In this document: one piece after another, positions 34,780 through 49,775 of the stretch | How positions within the stretch are numbered: the first letter of the stretch is position 1 | How the letters are laid out: each line of letters opens with the position of its first letter | DNA from: Raillietiella orientalis | Lineage: Eukaryota | Direction of reading: 5' to 3' | NCBI GenBank assembly: GCA_036172245.1 | Contig: JAYWIR010000039.1 | Coordinates: 1,178,001-1,242,000, forward strand | DNA: 64,000 nt | Notes under the pieces: model-generated | Databases searched by the model: none | The model's input: the letters and a program-made list of their open reading frames with translations, nothing else | Told to the model about the DNA's origin: nothing | Position numbers and translations under genes: made by a program

Positions 34780-37600
34780 AGCACCAGCGGATTGGCAAAA
34801 GTGGGATGCTGGGAGGTCTCGCTCACCTCCTACAACTTTTTCGCAAGCTGCTTAGCACCAACTGCCTGCTCGGAGTCAGCTGCAGGAACCTCCTGTTTGG
34901 TTTCGGATTTGCCGATATCTGCGCACTCTGTTCTGGAAGTGATTCATGGATATCTGAAAGTTTTGAAATTCTCACGTGAGGAAAATCATGGGACACTCTT
35001 CCTCCGCTCTCGGGTCCACCATCCAGGCACCCTCAAAGCGTCCTCTTTCCACTTGCCTTACCTCTGCACCCTCGTCGAGGAAAGCCGCGACGCCGGACTG
35101 GAAAATCCTTCTGAACGGCCCTTTCCGCCATCTGAGATCACAACAGGCCCCTTCCCTCGAAGCGGAAGAGTAGGAAAGGTCCACCATTCCAAGGAAAAGT
35201 TTCCCACCGGCGCGCGCGCGCAAAGCGAGCAGTAGCGCCGATTCGACAATTTCGTTTTCAGGTCCGGGCAGAGGTCAGAGTGCGCACCACAGAGTCGACT
35301 GCCGGGAAGATTTCTAGCCAGCCTGGCCATCTTTGCCCCAATACCGGCACTGCGTTGGGTGACATCGTATGGTGCGAGGCAGCCGGGGACCGACAGCAGC
35401 GGTCGCCGAAGCCCGGTGGGCTTTCGCAGAATCCTTCCCGAAAAAGCGTTGTAAGGAAGAAGAACACGGGACTCGCACCAGTTTCCATGTACTTCCGTGT
35501 TTCCCCATCGGATGTGTCCAGGGTTTGAGCGGCAGGGTCAGAATCGTGAGGATTCATCGCGGTGTTCTAAAACCGAGAAGTCCCATGGTGCAATCCCACT
35601 TTGAGGGGGCGAACGCCGCTGAGAATTTAGCAGCAAAAGCAGGATAACTCGGTGAATTCTCAGAAAGGACGGTGAGGTTGTGGTGAGAAAGCAACTGAGA
35701 ACCATCACGAGTGCGAATCACCAGTCTCGAATCTGTCGCTCGTACCGGATCTGGTTCCTACGGCCGCGGAACCATCAGCAGTCGGAGCTCTTCTCCTTGG
35801 AATCCGAAAAGAAGGGAACTCCATCGCATGTCTTTGGAACGTCCATGCACCGTGTGTCTTTAGAAACGCTCGATGCTTCCAGCACGCAACCACAACTGTC
35901 CGAAGATTGCTTGGGAAAACAACGCGAACTTCCCAGTGGATGTTACGAGAGATTGGAAGGAAACGAGCTGCTCTTAGCAACCGCTGATGTGACAATTCTG
36001 GTTGAACGATCAGGCATGCCCTGGAAAAATGCAGTAGGTATGCTTAGGCTGCACTACACTTTGACACTACAGTTTGCTTAGGCTGCACCAATCTCACTAA
36101 CGTTCCAAGGAGTTGTTGCATCCGTCAAAGTTAGAAACAGGAAGGCTTTTTTTCAACATTCAGCAAGAAGACTCGGTCAAACTCTCTTACGCGAGCTGGC
36201 AGCGAACCGGAATTGCGCCCAAGGCTTGTTGAAAGATTGTTCTTCGAAGTTGGGCTTCCCTCTGTCTTGCCCGAACGCCTTGCCCAGTTGAGGAAAGCCA
36301 CGATCGTCTTTTTGCTTGTCTGTGGCTTGGGATGTCCTCCTCCGCGCACGAAAGACTCGTTGAAACGTCCACTGCCGTTGGCGATCTCACAGCTGACTTC
36401 TGGCTCTGTTCGCAACCAAAGTGCCTACCTCTGTTGGGCAATTTGGCATCCCTACTGCCTCGCGATGCCTCTAGACCCACCCGTGGTGTGTGCAACAGTC
36501 TGGAGCGTGCTCTGACGGAAATCAGCAAAAACAGCTACTCGTGGTCACTACGAGTAGCTGTAATTTCGATTATGTCGTACCGCGTTTCTCTTTCAGAACC
36601 GCCATGTGCTCGAACCTTTCATTTCCTCTTCTTTTCCCCCCGATAGCAAACAGGGTCTCACATCTTTTGTTGCATCGTTTCCTCCCTCAACATAAGGGAA
36701 CGCATCTATTTTTAGTCAAGGATACAGATTACGCGATTCTGAGGAGTTCTGAACGCATTCTTCACGTCTTTTCTCTCCAGATCAATCATGTCTTCTCAGG
36801 ATGAGCGGGGGGCTCTCGTTTCCCTTTTTGTTGATTACTGATCCCTCATCTTTAATTCCTCTAATAAACATCTCATTATGAAGCGCGATGCACACTGCAC
36901 TGCATGAACGGAACTCCCGATAAAATAATCGTGGATTCCTTGGAACAGCTGTCTCTTCCTCTCGGTAACCCAGAAGAAATTTTCGTTGTTTCCATGTGAG
37001 TTCCCTCTAAATTCCCATTCGCCGTTCGATCCAAGCAAGCACCTTTTAATCTCAAGCTACTCTTTGACTGGAGAGATGCATTCTATATTTAGAACATCCA
37101 TGAGCATCGTATGCTTGTTTATTCATAAATACTCGAATCTTGCTTGCGTTTCGTGCGATCATAGCTGTTTCAAATATGATCTTTCGTTCTGTTATCAGCT
37201 TCCGATCGATGGAGAAAAGATACTGGCATTTTATTCCAGGCTCGTTCGAAATGATCTCGAGATTACCTGCTTCCCCATCCCACTAAATGTGCGCCTGCCA
37301 TCACAACAGGTCTCAAAGAGGATGGGCAGACTTGGTGCACCAGACCTGCCATTCGTTCCTATTCTGGCTAAACATTATGGATGCGAATTCTGTAATAGGT
37401 GCGCATTTCTCTCTCTCTTACTCACCAAAGACTAGAATTTCCAGAAAATTCTCGAGAGCATGGAGATGGGCTGGATCCATTTTTGCCTGTCTATCCTTCA
37501 AGGTTACTGTCTATAATTTATGATCCTCTTCGTTGGCGTTCCATAAATTACATTGTATAATTTATGTTAGCTTCTCTGAGACCGTTTCTCGTGGTATGAG
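34780..37600 (-). mobile_element. Degenerate R1-like APE-type LINE ORF2
   Basis: Ordered minus-strand motifs: IIQCNL (APE start, ~37550), KPW (~DPWG), AAFAPSKWDCTMG (~NAFNSARWDCI), DTSDGETRKYMETG, GFGD (~GFADD), FLGMVD, ADIG/PKPNRRFL (~PNIGGP...RRLL). Confidence 0.55.
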
Positions 37601-40178
37601 TTCACCTGAGATCTGCTTCCTTTCCTGGAAGAATTCAAAAGTGCCCCCTCACTTTAAAACGAGACAAACAGCTGGGAGTTCGATTTTGGATTTTCAACCT
37701 TTTGGTGCTTCTTTTCGAAACACCACGGACCCTTTGGAGCAAGGCGAAGCCGACTTCCGTGCAGCCATTTGTTTCTCCCGTGTGGAAATTCCTCCCTGAT
37801 GATCGAATATTTGCCTGCGTCAACTATAGGATTTCATTCCTGAAATCTTTCCAAGTACTCAAGAGTTCCTCCAGCTTGCAATCTGATCACTTCTTCTCCA
37901 GCTCTGAAGTGCTCCCAGAATGTTCCCGGAGAACGAAAGTTTTCCATCCGGTTCCGGTGAGCGTTTCATTTATCCACCTGAAATATCCATGGAGTCTCCG
38001 AATCCAAATCTCTTCCTTTCTCACCATTCCTCTGCTGCCTTTGCCTTCCCATCGCCACTCCACAGCTACCAAGTGTTCCTCCTTCCATCTTTTCCTGGAG
38101 TGCTACCCAGATTACGTCCGTCAAGGCGCACTGCAGAAACTTGGCTTCTTGTGCTTTGCATGGCTGCTTCCGGGGATTTCCTTTCCTCTCTGCGCCATCT
38201 ACTTCCGTCTTGGTAACAGTGAACTTCAGAAGTCCCACGCTGCCGTAGGGAAAGCAGCTGGAAGGGATGCTCGTTTCATTCCTTCCCGCAAACCCAGTGG
38301 ACCCTCGACGTTTTCTGTTGAGGGATTCGGCTGAATGCTTTCGTTTCCAACGAAGGGTTCGCACCTCTTAGACTGCCTTCTCTTCGATGACCTGAAACCC
38401 CTGCTCCCCCAGTTCGCACGCGTTCGCGGTGAGCAGCTTGCAGCAGTGGTACCGTGTAAACACCAAAACTGCTTCCATTCATCGGCCTGCTTGCTTGTGA
38501 ATGGCTGAGCATGGCGGACTCTCCTTGTCGAAGTCTCTTCTGATGGTGGATCACGTGTGCTGAGACGGCGTCCGTCCCGGAAAAGAAGGATTGGGGAATG
38601 AAGTGATGGGGGACAAGTCCGATCCTGCTCTTGAAAGCATGGAAATTCAGATCACTCCCCACCCATGCACGCTCTACGGATGGCTCGATCCGTTCCGGAT
38701 CGTTTCATTGCCTCTCGCGGATGCTGCATCAGGTTCGCGCAAGCAGTTCCGACTGGCTGTACCAAATCGACGAGCACTCGAAATTTCTTATATTGGCGGT
38801 GAGCGTCGTCACAGGACCCCGCGTCCTTTGTACAGAGCGCTGGCACAAGTGCTCTTGGCACCTAGGCGTGGAACGCTTCCGAGAAGCAGCACGGGGAGCA
38901 GTCAAAAGGTTGCGTGCTGTTGAGGGAGGATGGATGGTTCCAAAATCATGGAGTGAAAACTGAAGGATGTGCTGTTTCGAATTCTCATTATACGATCGCC
39001 GCTTTGCCTCGTTTCAGGTAATGGAAAAATTCCGTGCCGAGCGCCATAATTCCGCACCAGGACATACCCACTCCGTTACCAGTTCACTCCGAATCTAATA
39101 ATCTAATAAATAACTTTAATCCAACAATCCAGTAATTAAATCTTAATGTAGATGACTACTCTAAATTCATCCCTTGGCTGTTCCAGGCATTTAAACGTCC
39201 AAACTTTCTCTATGGACCGCTGATCCTCTCGAACCGAAGTCATAAAATATTCAGTGGTTCGGATCTGCAATCGGGGTGCTGTATATGCATTCTTTGTTTT
39301 CCCTGGAGCGGGAGCAGCCCTCAACTTGCCCACCCAGCGTAAAGCACGTGATTTTTACACCACAGCTCTGCAAAACGGCTGCATCGGCGCAAGAGTCTCT
39401 GAAGGAGCCGATGAACCAGTTTCCTGTGTTCATTTCCCTCAGTAATCGTTCCTAACAGATGCTTCAAAGCAAAGGCTCCATTTGCTTCTCAGGCGTGATA
39501 GCAGATGAGCACCGATTTGACCAAGAACCTCCTCGGGTTGACTGAGCACATTGGACCAGTTCCGTGGACCGACGGGAAACTCCCGCCTCGCATGCGATGC
39601 TGACACGAAACAACCGCAAATTCCCTTTTGCAATAGGTGCTTCTGAAAGCGTCAGCGCTGGTGAAGCATTTCGCATGACGAAATGGTCCACCTGGGCTCT
39701 GCTCACCTCTGCTCTTTAGATAAAATGAAATATGTGTGTTGATGCATGCAATTGCGAATTCTCTAAGCTTATGGAGAAAGATGCGAGCTTTGAAAAGATG
39801 CACGTTCAGTTTCCCATCTCTATGATGAAACTGCTCCCAATTCTTAGGGATTCTCAATGTGAAAAAGAAAAACAAAAACAAAAAGCAAATGACTACACGC
39901 CACATTTTAACATGTGCACGGATACCACCAACGCAAATTCCAAGATACGTTGAGGCTGCATACGTCTTAGGCTGCACGAGTCTATCGCTACAAGTTGACA
40001 CGAAGGAACGCGTGCCTCCACAAGGAGTGGAACACTTCCTGACTGCCTCGATCTTCCAGAAGTGATCCATTTGTCCTCCTATGCATGAGATAGATAGAGA
40101 ATAACATCCCAACGAGATTATCTGAAGCAATCTGATTGGTTTAACTCCAATCGAAGCACATCCTTTGTATTTCCCTTT

Positions 40179-40358
<180 letters not shown>

Positions 40359-40649
40359 AAAAGAAATGTACATATATACATTTCTCTTTAAATCATGAGT
40401 AAGATTCTACATTGCATTTTAGTTTCGTTGAGAAATTCGGCTTGTGTTGCTTGCTGAAATGTGTGTATGTGTGCACGCAGAAACAGCAATACACATATTC
40501 CATCAGTATGTAACGTGCAGCATCAGAAATAAGCTGTCAAGGATCCCAGTCAAAGAACTGCAGCATGCCATGAAGAGCATAGGTATTTGAGTGGAGCTGG
40601 AATTTCTCATTAACCCAAGCTACACGGAAGTGTCGTGTTTATCGAATGC

Positions 40650-42780
40650 CACACGCCGCGGGCCGCAAGGAACGCTGCCGTATGAAGAAGGAGGCAGAAG
40701 AATGGAAGTTTCGACAGGGCATTTCGGGACTTGACAAGCCCAAATCCCAGAGGTCGTTACTGAGACCAGGATTTTCGTCACATACCTTTGCATCTTACGT
40801 GCTGCAGCGGTAGCAGGAAGAGAGCAACAGGTCGGGAGAAAATGGCTACAAACATGGCTCATCTCGGACCCCTTGTGGAAGCATGACTGCTTCCTTCCCC
40901 TTTGGCCGTCACTCTTACTGAAGCTGACAAACAACCACTTACGGGGACACCCCCGCATCTAAGCAAGCGATTTGCATGGGGAGGATTGTAATAAGTAGCT
41001 GTTGCAATAATTGGAAAGCTCGTGCCCCCTTGGAATCTTTGTAGATCAAGGGGACCGTCAGTTTCGAAATCTTCTAGCCAAGCTGATCGAAATCAAGATG
41101 AAAGGGGTTTCGTACCAGCAACACACGACAACTGCAGAAAGCTTCAATATTCGATAGGTAGTAGCTTCGAATAGGACGTAAGTAGGACATTCAGAAAATT
41201 GCCACCGTTATGGACTATGCAATTACTGCTAAAACGAAGTAATAGTAATCGTAAAGCGATCCTGCGTTCTCCCGCAAAAGCAGTTGCATCTCTTATTGGC
41301 ATCATCGAGAGTCATCTTATGACGAAAGTACTCGCATGCGAATGCGGAGCAGCCTCGAAAGAATAGTTGGAGCACCCACCATATCTGATTCGAGTTGAGG
41401 GAACTCTTGTTTTCAGAGGTGTCCCAGCATTACTTATTCACCATCTGATTATTTATTTATCTTGTTTGCAATCTCCCTGCGGAAGGGGAAAAAAGAAGAG
41501 GAAAATACCTCGGCGCAAGACGTAGAATAGATACTAGTAGTCTCAAAGTCTCATAAAAAATGGGTACTACTCCGATCAGTTTTATTCGAATTTTTTTTTC
41601 CTTTCGTGCTTTTCTTTTCTTTTTTTTTTTTCAGAAAAAAAAAAAAAAAACTCTAGATGGAACTTTATTTTAACTTTTTCAGAAATGTGCGTTAAGCAGA
41701 TGCATGGATTTAGGAACTTCACAGATGGAAAGCAAATAGCAAGGATCCAGCAGCTCCCAGGTACCGGCAGTGCCAAACTTGTCATTCCACGACACATGCC
41801 TAAACCCCACGACTTTACAGTTGTGTGTCTGGATAAACCTCTTCCACAAAAACAAGGTGCGGGATGCGTATCCAAGCGAATCACCTGGACCGGTCGCAAC
41901 GTGGCTGGAAAATTCAATTTCCCGTTCCCCCTTGAAATTTTTCCTCTGGACAGAATTAAGCTGGAGATGAAAACAAAATTTGCGGTTAGTGGAAATCTTA
42001 GGGGCTGAGTCGCGCAGGCATGTGATCGATTGATGGTTGCAGTTTTCCAATTTCTTAAAAAAAAAAAAAAAAAATGCCTCCCCAGTTTAATGGAATCACT
42101 GACTCGTCCAAAAGAGGACATCGTTGGGGATTAAAAGTTTTTCGCAAGCCCCCGTATTTGTTCACAGCGATTAAGAAGGCAGGGAAACCGGAAGGGCTGC
42201 ACCATGACCTCACAGATTCACTAAACACGAAAGCGAGCTTGCAATGGACCTGGTGCAGTGGCTCGCATCTCTTTCTTTCTTCTCCCGGATACAGCACCAC
42301 TGTTTTTCTTGAGATCTCGAGACGGTTGATGGATGCGGCAGCGTCAGTGCATGATGATGGGATGACGAACGTCTTACCGATGGAAATCTTTGAAAGCAGT
42401 CGTTCTGAGGTTTCAGAAATCCGTGGTCTGTGTGGGTCGCGACATTGAGCACAGAACCCAGGCTCACTGAAGTCGCCACCTTTGCATCAGAAAAGACCAA
42501 TAGGGGATTCTCAGACACTCAACACCGCGCACCACAGAGCATCTTGAGCATAGCCATGGAGTCCAGAAACAGAAACTGATAACAGAGCGATAGCCCATCT
42601 TGTAAAAGGGCACCGAGATTCGATGAACCGGTGGTCCCGCAAATGGAACACGGAAATTGCTGACACCAGAAGAAAAAGAAGGAGCATTTCTGGTATTGGT
42701 ATTCGAAATTGGTGATTTTCCAGGAACGATTCGGCTCCCTTTTACAGAAGATCTCCTGAGTTTTTTCCGTTTTTTATTCA
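40650..42780 (-). mobile_element. Possible very old CR1/L2-like LINE ORF2 remnant
   Basis: GGDFSEPG (~APE GDFN.P) at ~42470, HLDFDQ (~LDF.KAF) at ~41090 and RGCP at ~40950, with plausible spacing. Weak. Confidence 0.3.
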
Positions 42781-45559
42781 TCTCTTGGGGGAATACATCT
42801 TAGGAAACCCATAAGATACATTTCTCATTTCAGTACTAAGGAAGGGTCTCATTTAGAAATTTTCCCTTCACCCCCTTCCGAGAAATTTGACTGAGAAAGC
42901 TGATCTCATGCAAGGGAAGCAGAATTCTCCAAACATGCAGCAACTTAAGCATTGTGAACCTGAGCGGATTGAATGCGATCTCAGACACCAACTGAAAACC
43001 TAGCATCGGATTCACTTTATCTCCCTTTGAAATGCAGTGTTTCCAGGGCACTGCAGATGTGAGTTATCGTGATCGCATCTTCGAAATCCACGAATGTGTG
43101 CAGGAATCCTTCTCGAAGCACACATCTTCCCCGTAACCTTGGGAAAGCGATTCTTGCAATGAAGTAAAGCTGGTGAAAACAAAGTGGTTATCAGCTGGGG
43201 CTACGACAACGAAACGAACTTTTCTGCACTGCCCGTCTGCTAAATGGACGCCTGCGCCGTCTTCGACAAGTCTTCGAGAAGTTCCACCAAAAGATTGCTC
43301 AAACTTCCTGATGCGTCAAGCGATGCCCAGCTAGCAAAGACCCACGAGGATGCCACACGCTGGACTCCTACCCCCTGCCCAAGTAGGAATGCGATCCATC
43401 CTCAAAAACCTTGCGGGTGTGCATATAGAGGATTGAATGGTACTGAATCAGCCATGCTCCTGATCTATCCGAGCACACATCTTTGAGCCGAGCCGATCGC
43501 GAAAACACTCGTCGTGTCGGTAATGACAGGCAGTTCGGATTCGATGGATTCGGAACGAAAGAACAGAGCCAAGCCTCGGACCTCCTTTCCTGCGCTTGTC
43601 CGAGTGCAACCATCTAAAAAAAAAAAAGTGCGAGCGCCCGCAAGCCCATCGCTTCCCGGAGGTGCGAGCATCTCGGCAATGCCCTCAACTCTGATATTCA
43701 GGTGAAGTTGCAGCACGTGTCCCACGGCAAGTGCCTCCACGAAGCACTTGTCGTAGGACACGTGCTCAAACTTCACGAAAGAAGACAAGTGCTGTGCACT
43801 AGCTGATGCGGAAAAGTAACAGCGCGCTCTGCAATGTGGCAGGAAGTGGAATGCATGTAAGGCAAGGAAAGGCGTCGCGTTTGATCCATCCTTCGGGATG
43901 GAAGAACCGAACGCAACTCCTCTTGAGAAACCCATAAGGAGGACATGAGCGCTTCGAATTCCGACTGCAGACCGATTTTCTCGTCGACCCTCTCCAAACG
44001 GATTCCCCTGTACGAACACCAACTTCTCGCAGATTTGTGTCCAGTGTCGAATTCATCCGCAGGACCGTCGAATTTTCCGGTAACCTAAAGCTGTGCCCGC
44101 GTTGTAGGAAAGACATCCTTTTGGCTCCTATGCACAGCTTAGGCAAGAGGGTTTCCTCAGGGGCTGCGGACGAGCGAATGCGCTGATGAAATTCTAGGGA
44201 TTTTCTTCTCTCTTCTCGAGACCTCCACAGCTTCCCGAAACAACGCTGCCTGTTGACTTTTCAACGCTACAGTCCATTTCTCATGGAAAGTGTTTTGGGA
44301 TGTTTGCTCTCACGAAACCTTTCTTCCCATTGTGATCGACAAAACCTAAAGCTTACACAAGAGGCAAGGACCAGGAATATTTGTCCCCCTCTCCGGGAAT
44401 TGCTTCTTTGGTTCTGCGATGTCGCATCCCAAGCCATCTTGGAAGAGGCTGAGGCCTCCTCCGTGAACTCATTTCCGTGCGCGCTTGCGTATCGATTCTT
44501 TCCTCTCTCGAGTTTTATCTCGCATGACTTTCCATCTTGTCCTGTGTCCATCATCTCGATCCATTTCGTCTGGGGATGTGCTGATTCCTCATTGTTTATT
44601 TGTGGCAGGTTCTTTACATGTTGATGATTCGTTTTTGTTTTGAGCGGACTTGATAATCTCCGGGCACTGAAGTATATCGTGTAGCCCTTAGGCTCAACTT
44701 GGGGCAACTCTCATGGTCTCTGGTTCGAAGGCAGGCATCCTTGCACCCCCAGCAACGGATAAAAAAGAAAGAAAAAAAAAACGGATGGAATCCAACACGA
44801 AACGTGAATTGGATCCCGTGACCCGATCGTGTCTTCAAGCGCTTCCACGCTGGTATTTGCATGGTGAGATGTGGGAGCTTGAAACCAACTTGAGTGGTGC
44901 TGACGAAATTTTGACTGCTCTCGGTCACCTGGAAGAATTGCAATCTTCAACCGAAGTCCCCTCAGCTTCCCAACCAGAGTTTCTTTCGAAAGCACCATTT
45001 TGAGGCTCTTCCTCCTTCCTGGCAAAAAAAGGTGTGGAAGAGGAACGCCAAGCTGTAAGAAGACGGGAAGTAACGGGAACGAAGCATGAGAAGGAATGAG
45101 AAGAGCGAGAAAGTGCTTCTCGTCGCTGCTCACCAGCCCGCGATGCGCCACCACTGATCTTAAGGACGAACGCCGGAAGTAGGCTGCTTCGTAGCCTCCT
45201 GAATCGGTAAGAGTCGCCGAAGGTTCATCAGGAAGCGACTGCGAAAGAAAACAAAAAGATACTTTTTTCTCCTCCATACAGGCAAAAGCGAAAAGCAAAA
45301 AAACAGCCACTTGGTCGAATGCAAACAGCAAGAGCGACGACGACATGCTGCTTATAGCGAAAGATGATGATGATTCGACGAAGTAGAGGAACGAACACAT
45401 TACTGACTGATTTCTCCTAGATGAGAAATTTTCTAGGGGACATAGAAGCAACCCTATAACCCTATTTCGGCCCTCGCAAAATCAGATACAGCTTCCGAAG
45501 GAAAGTAAGAGAGTCTCAAGCTCCACAGGAAGCGGAATCATTCGACCTCCTCAAGGTCA

Positions 45560-47070
45560 AAGCTTCCAGACTGACCAAGGGGAGCTGAAGACAGGGGTCA
45601 TCTAAGTGAGCAAGGGCTGTGGCACGGCTGCTCTTTGCGCAATGCTCTTCCGATCGTGTTTCGTCGGAGAGATTGACAGCTGCGACTGGCAAATTTTGAC
45701 TTCCGGACCTACTGGATTTGTTATCAAACAGGCCGAAGTACTTTCTTTCGTCCTCAGCGTCCTTCACCAGCAACCCTGTCGTTTTCTCGAAGCTCGAACT
45801 CTGCTCGTGCAGAGTCCATTTCACACAACGTGTGATCGGTCGTTCGTAGGGGTTCATCCTTAGAAAGTGTTCGTTTGACACTTTCCATCGCTGTTACTGA
45901 TGATGATCACAATTGAACACCTCCAAGCCAGGTGATGAGTAACCCGCGATAATTCTGGTGCCAAAAGGTGCACTTAAAAGAAAAATAATGCAGAAAAGTG
46001 GGTCACACTGAAATGTTTGCCAACGCAAACACATGCCAGGACTGGGCAGCGGGAATCTTGGGTTAGCAAGCACATGATTGGAACGACGCTTAAAGAAGTC
46101 CGTAACGCCGCTCAACAGCTGAAGACAAAAGGAAAACGAAAAAAAAGCTCTTCTTCCTCCCTGGATTCTTAACACTTCTGGAATGCAGAAATGCTATCAC
46201 ACATGGGAGGGCAAAACAGGAAGTGGTGTTGTTGGTTCTTGACAAACACTCCCTGTCTTCAGCGAACGGAAACAACAGATGGGATATGAAGGTACCATCT
46301 AGGAAGCAAACTCTGAAAAGTAGACATTGAAGGTATGCAGACACAAAAAAATTGCAGCAACTCTCTTTCTCGGCAAGAGTTGGAAAATACGGATGCAGAA
46401 GGAGGACTCAAAGCTAAAATGCACTGCGAAAAACAAAGGCAAATCAACAGTTTACGTCACGAACCGAAATGGAGGGTGAAGGCAACTTTCCTACTTTCGG
46501 AGGCAGAAAATAAGTCTGCGGGGATTACGCTGCAAGTTTCAGACATCCTCCGAGTTTTCATGCACCTGAGAGCGCACACTTCGAGAGAGGACGGACAGGA
46601 GATGATGACCACCTCACTTGGCAAGTGCTGGCGATCGCCCAAGACGCGCTGTCCGCTGCTCCCTCTCTGCGTTTAACAACAGGCGCAGAGCTCGTGCCGT
46701 GTCGTCTTCTCCGAGCAGTGAGGTTTGACTCCCCAAAACCTCACGCGGAAGAGGAAGACCATCGTGGAGACGAGCCACAGCCCTTTCATGCATTTCAGAT
46801 TGCATCGCTGAAATTTTCCCATGAAACGCGTCTTTCGACATGTGTGCAAAAGAACACACTGAAGGACTCTTCAAAAGGATATCTAGATATGCTATGCTAC
46901 AGGAGGCGCATCCAATCTCGAGACAGGAGGGAGACCCTTCAGAGGGTCGGGATGGAAGATGAGAGAATGCTCCAAAATGTTTTAAACGGGGGCATCCAAA
47001 ATCAGTGCTGGGCTGACTCGAGCAACGTGGAACGGGCCGGAATCTGCGCTGGAACCGATTCACCATGGTA
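45560..47070 (+). mobile_element. Degenerate RTE-clade LINE, RT to C-terminus
   Basis: FMHLRAHTSREDG (~FTYLGSTISRDG), RAV, FHAFQIASLK (~LNAFHMRCLR), RVGMEDERMLQNVLNG (~HVARMEDERLPKQVLYG). Confidence 0.6.
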
Positions 47071-49033
47071 ATTATAAGTAACTTTTCTTTGCTCCATTTC
47101 TTTTGCTAAGAAACTGAAAGCCAGTGGAGTTTGCACTGGAACCACGCCCCTGTTGCGAAAGTTCGCCGCTCATCGGGGGTTCGCATTTATGACTCTTCTG
47201 GCGAAAATATCACATAGTCTAACGAAGAAAACGGGGACGACCTTGGAATCTTGAGTGTCTCGGCTGGAGATTCTGGAAGTTGCCTGTCCATTCGAGATTG
47301 TGGAGGAAGCCTTCATCGTGACCAGGATGCAGAAAGAATCGGGGCACGAGGATGCCGCCCTGCAGCTGATCTGAAAAGGCTTCTGGATCAAGGTGCATGC
47401 CTTTCTGGTTGGATCGCCGAGATGCTGGGATCCTGACGGCGATGGAGTCCTCTGTGGAATAGTGTCCCACAACGGTGAACAAGCCTCGTCTTTGCGATGT
47501 AGTCGAGATGATTATTGGGCCCACCGGCTGGAGAAGCCGCCAGAAACATTCCATCCAATGGAATACGTAAAACAAGATGCAGATGGACCACAAAAGATGG
47601 ATGTCGAGCAGCGCGACACAAGTGATCACCATAGGTGCTGTGGACGAGTGATCCCTTAGTCGAGGCTCGCTATAGCTCATAAGCATGAAGATGGTGTGGA
47701 TCCAGACGCGTTATTCTTCATACATGTTCTTTTTGATGAGGGGATCTGCTCTCACCAGCTTAACGTCTGATGCGCCACCCATCTGGCGGTCAGTATCTTA
47801 AACTACTTTTTGGAAGCGGACGGGATGCTTCGAGCTTGCTCCACTCCTGCAGTGGGTTGGCCTGGTATTGCAGTATCTCCGGGAGCACCATACAAATGCC
47901 AAGTGAAATCCCGCTACCACGCCACAGAGATGTGGGAATGCAAACCCAACGGTATCCTCATTCTAAAAGTCCAATGTGCAGTGTGGATCGCGAAGAAAGG
48001 AGCTGAAGCTGCATCACAGTTTCACTACACCTCTCCCTCCAGCGGCTCACTCAGTGATCTCTGAGTGGAATCCAGCAGAGCTCTCCTACAGGTCGAGGAG
48101 GGCACCAAAACGGCCCAAGGGAGTTTTTGAGGCTTCTCTGGAAAAGAACCCACGGTGACTACCGTGGGCCACATTGGATACGATGAAGAACGCCGGCGCG
48201 ATGTTTACCGTTCGCTGGAATCAGATGAATTTCGTGAACCTTCCAGCCGGTGTTAAAGGGATGTTGACATGGCACGCAGTGCACCTCTCCAAAAACGGGA
48301 ACACACAAGTCGTTTCCACGCGCAAGCTCTCGTGCGCGTTTACGTGCACCAGATCCGCAGGCACGGATTCTAATTCCTAACTCGAATTGCGAGGTCGAAT
48401 ATGCGGCAGGCGTTGGGATGTGTCGAAAGGAAGGTAGGATGCTTCAGGCGATGGTCACCCCGGACTGACTACAAGAAGCAGCCGGCAACCCGTCAGTAAT
48501 ATGCAATCCTGGGTTTCTTCAAGCCAACTGGCGAACATGCGCAATTGGATCTCCTCCACCTGTCCATTCCGTCACAGCACGATCCTTGACCCCACCCCAC
48601 ACACCCCTGGAAAATAGGGAGACGAGAACCGGGAGACGCACTGAATGTTTTCACTGGAAACTCCTCGTCTTCGAAGCGGAGAGCTCCGAGCAATCGTTCC
48701 AATGAAATCGGAGGTGACCACTTCGGTAGCTACGACAGGGACGCGAGGAACTGCAGGTCCCCACGAAGAGATCGGGAGTGGAACATTGGGCGTGTACAGC
48801 TTTCACCGGGATCCTCTTGCCGAAGAGGAAGACGAAAGTTGAGTGACCGCGCGCAACCAGGAGGGGCTGCACGTCAGCATCTCTGAGTGGCGGAAAGCAG
48901 CAAGACTCTTGAATCCCTTTTCCGCCCATGAAGAAGTCCCTTCCGTCCGAGAAGGACTTCCCGAAATCTGTCCGCCGAGACTCCGCGAAGTAATCCCATC
49001 CCGAAACGACGAGCACCATCAGTTGACGCTGCC

Positions 49034-49775
49034 TTTCTTTTGGTTCACCAAGTGCTGAAGAACCGTGCTCCTCCTTGAAGGAGGGGGGGGAGGGGGCTCA
49101 CAGAGCTCTTTGACACTTCCACGTCACCCGAGGATGTGTGCTGACTCTTCAGGTTAGGAGGTGACCCGGAGAGATCGTTCTATATAATCCAGAAAGGCTC
49201 CGGAGGAAGGAGTCCGTTCCTCTCTCACTCTTGGAAGGCAACCCTCGTCCCGGTTGTCTCCTAAGGAAACTCCGAAGGGAATATCTTCCTTATTCTCTCC
49301 GGAGGGCCTCCTTTCGTTTCATCTCCAGAGGGACTCTTCTGAAGGGATGCACTCCTCGTTTCCTCTTCTGAAGAGAACCCCGGAGGGGTGCTTCCCAGTT
49401 TCTCTCTGAAGGGAGCTTCCCGAAGGGAGCAGCACTCTTCTTCCCACTCTGGAACTCCATGGTATGAGATGGAGGGTCCCCCCACCAGGGTGGAAGGACG
49501 GCTTCATTTTCGCAACCGAAGGGAAACCCCGGAGGGCTCCTTGATTCCTGGAAGAACCCCAGAGTATCGACTCCCAATCCCAGCCACTCATCGGGGGCAT
49601 CCGGCTTCCACCAGCACCTCCCTCGAAGCTCATAGGCTAACCAGCGTCGTCTTGCAGGGAAGGGGGGAACTCGAAACCCACGGCGCACCCATTTCTAGGC
49701 GTCGATCCGTTACCAGGGAGGATTCAAATCCTCAACTCGTGGTACGACGCGCGCGGAGTCTGCAACCACTCTGCC
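49034..49775 (-). mobile_element. SINE family A, near-full-length copy
   Basis: TTTTGGTTCACCAAGTGCTGAAGAACCG terminus, CCGAAGGG units, GACTCCCAATCCCAGCCACTCATCGGGGGCATCCGG core, B-box-like GGATTCAAATCC at ~49720. Confidence 0.85.
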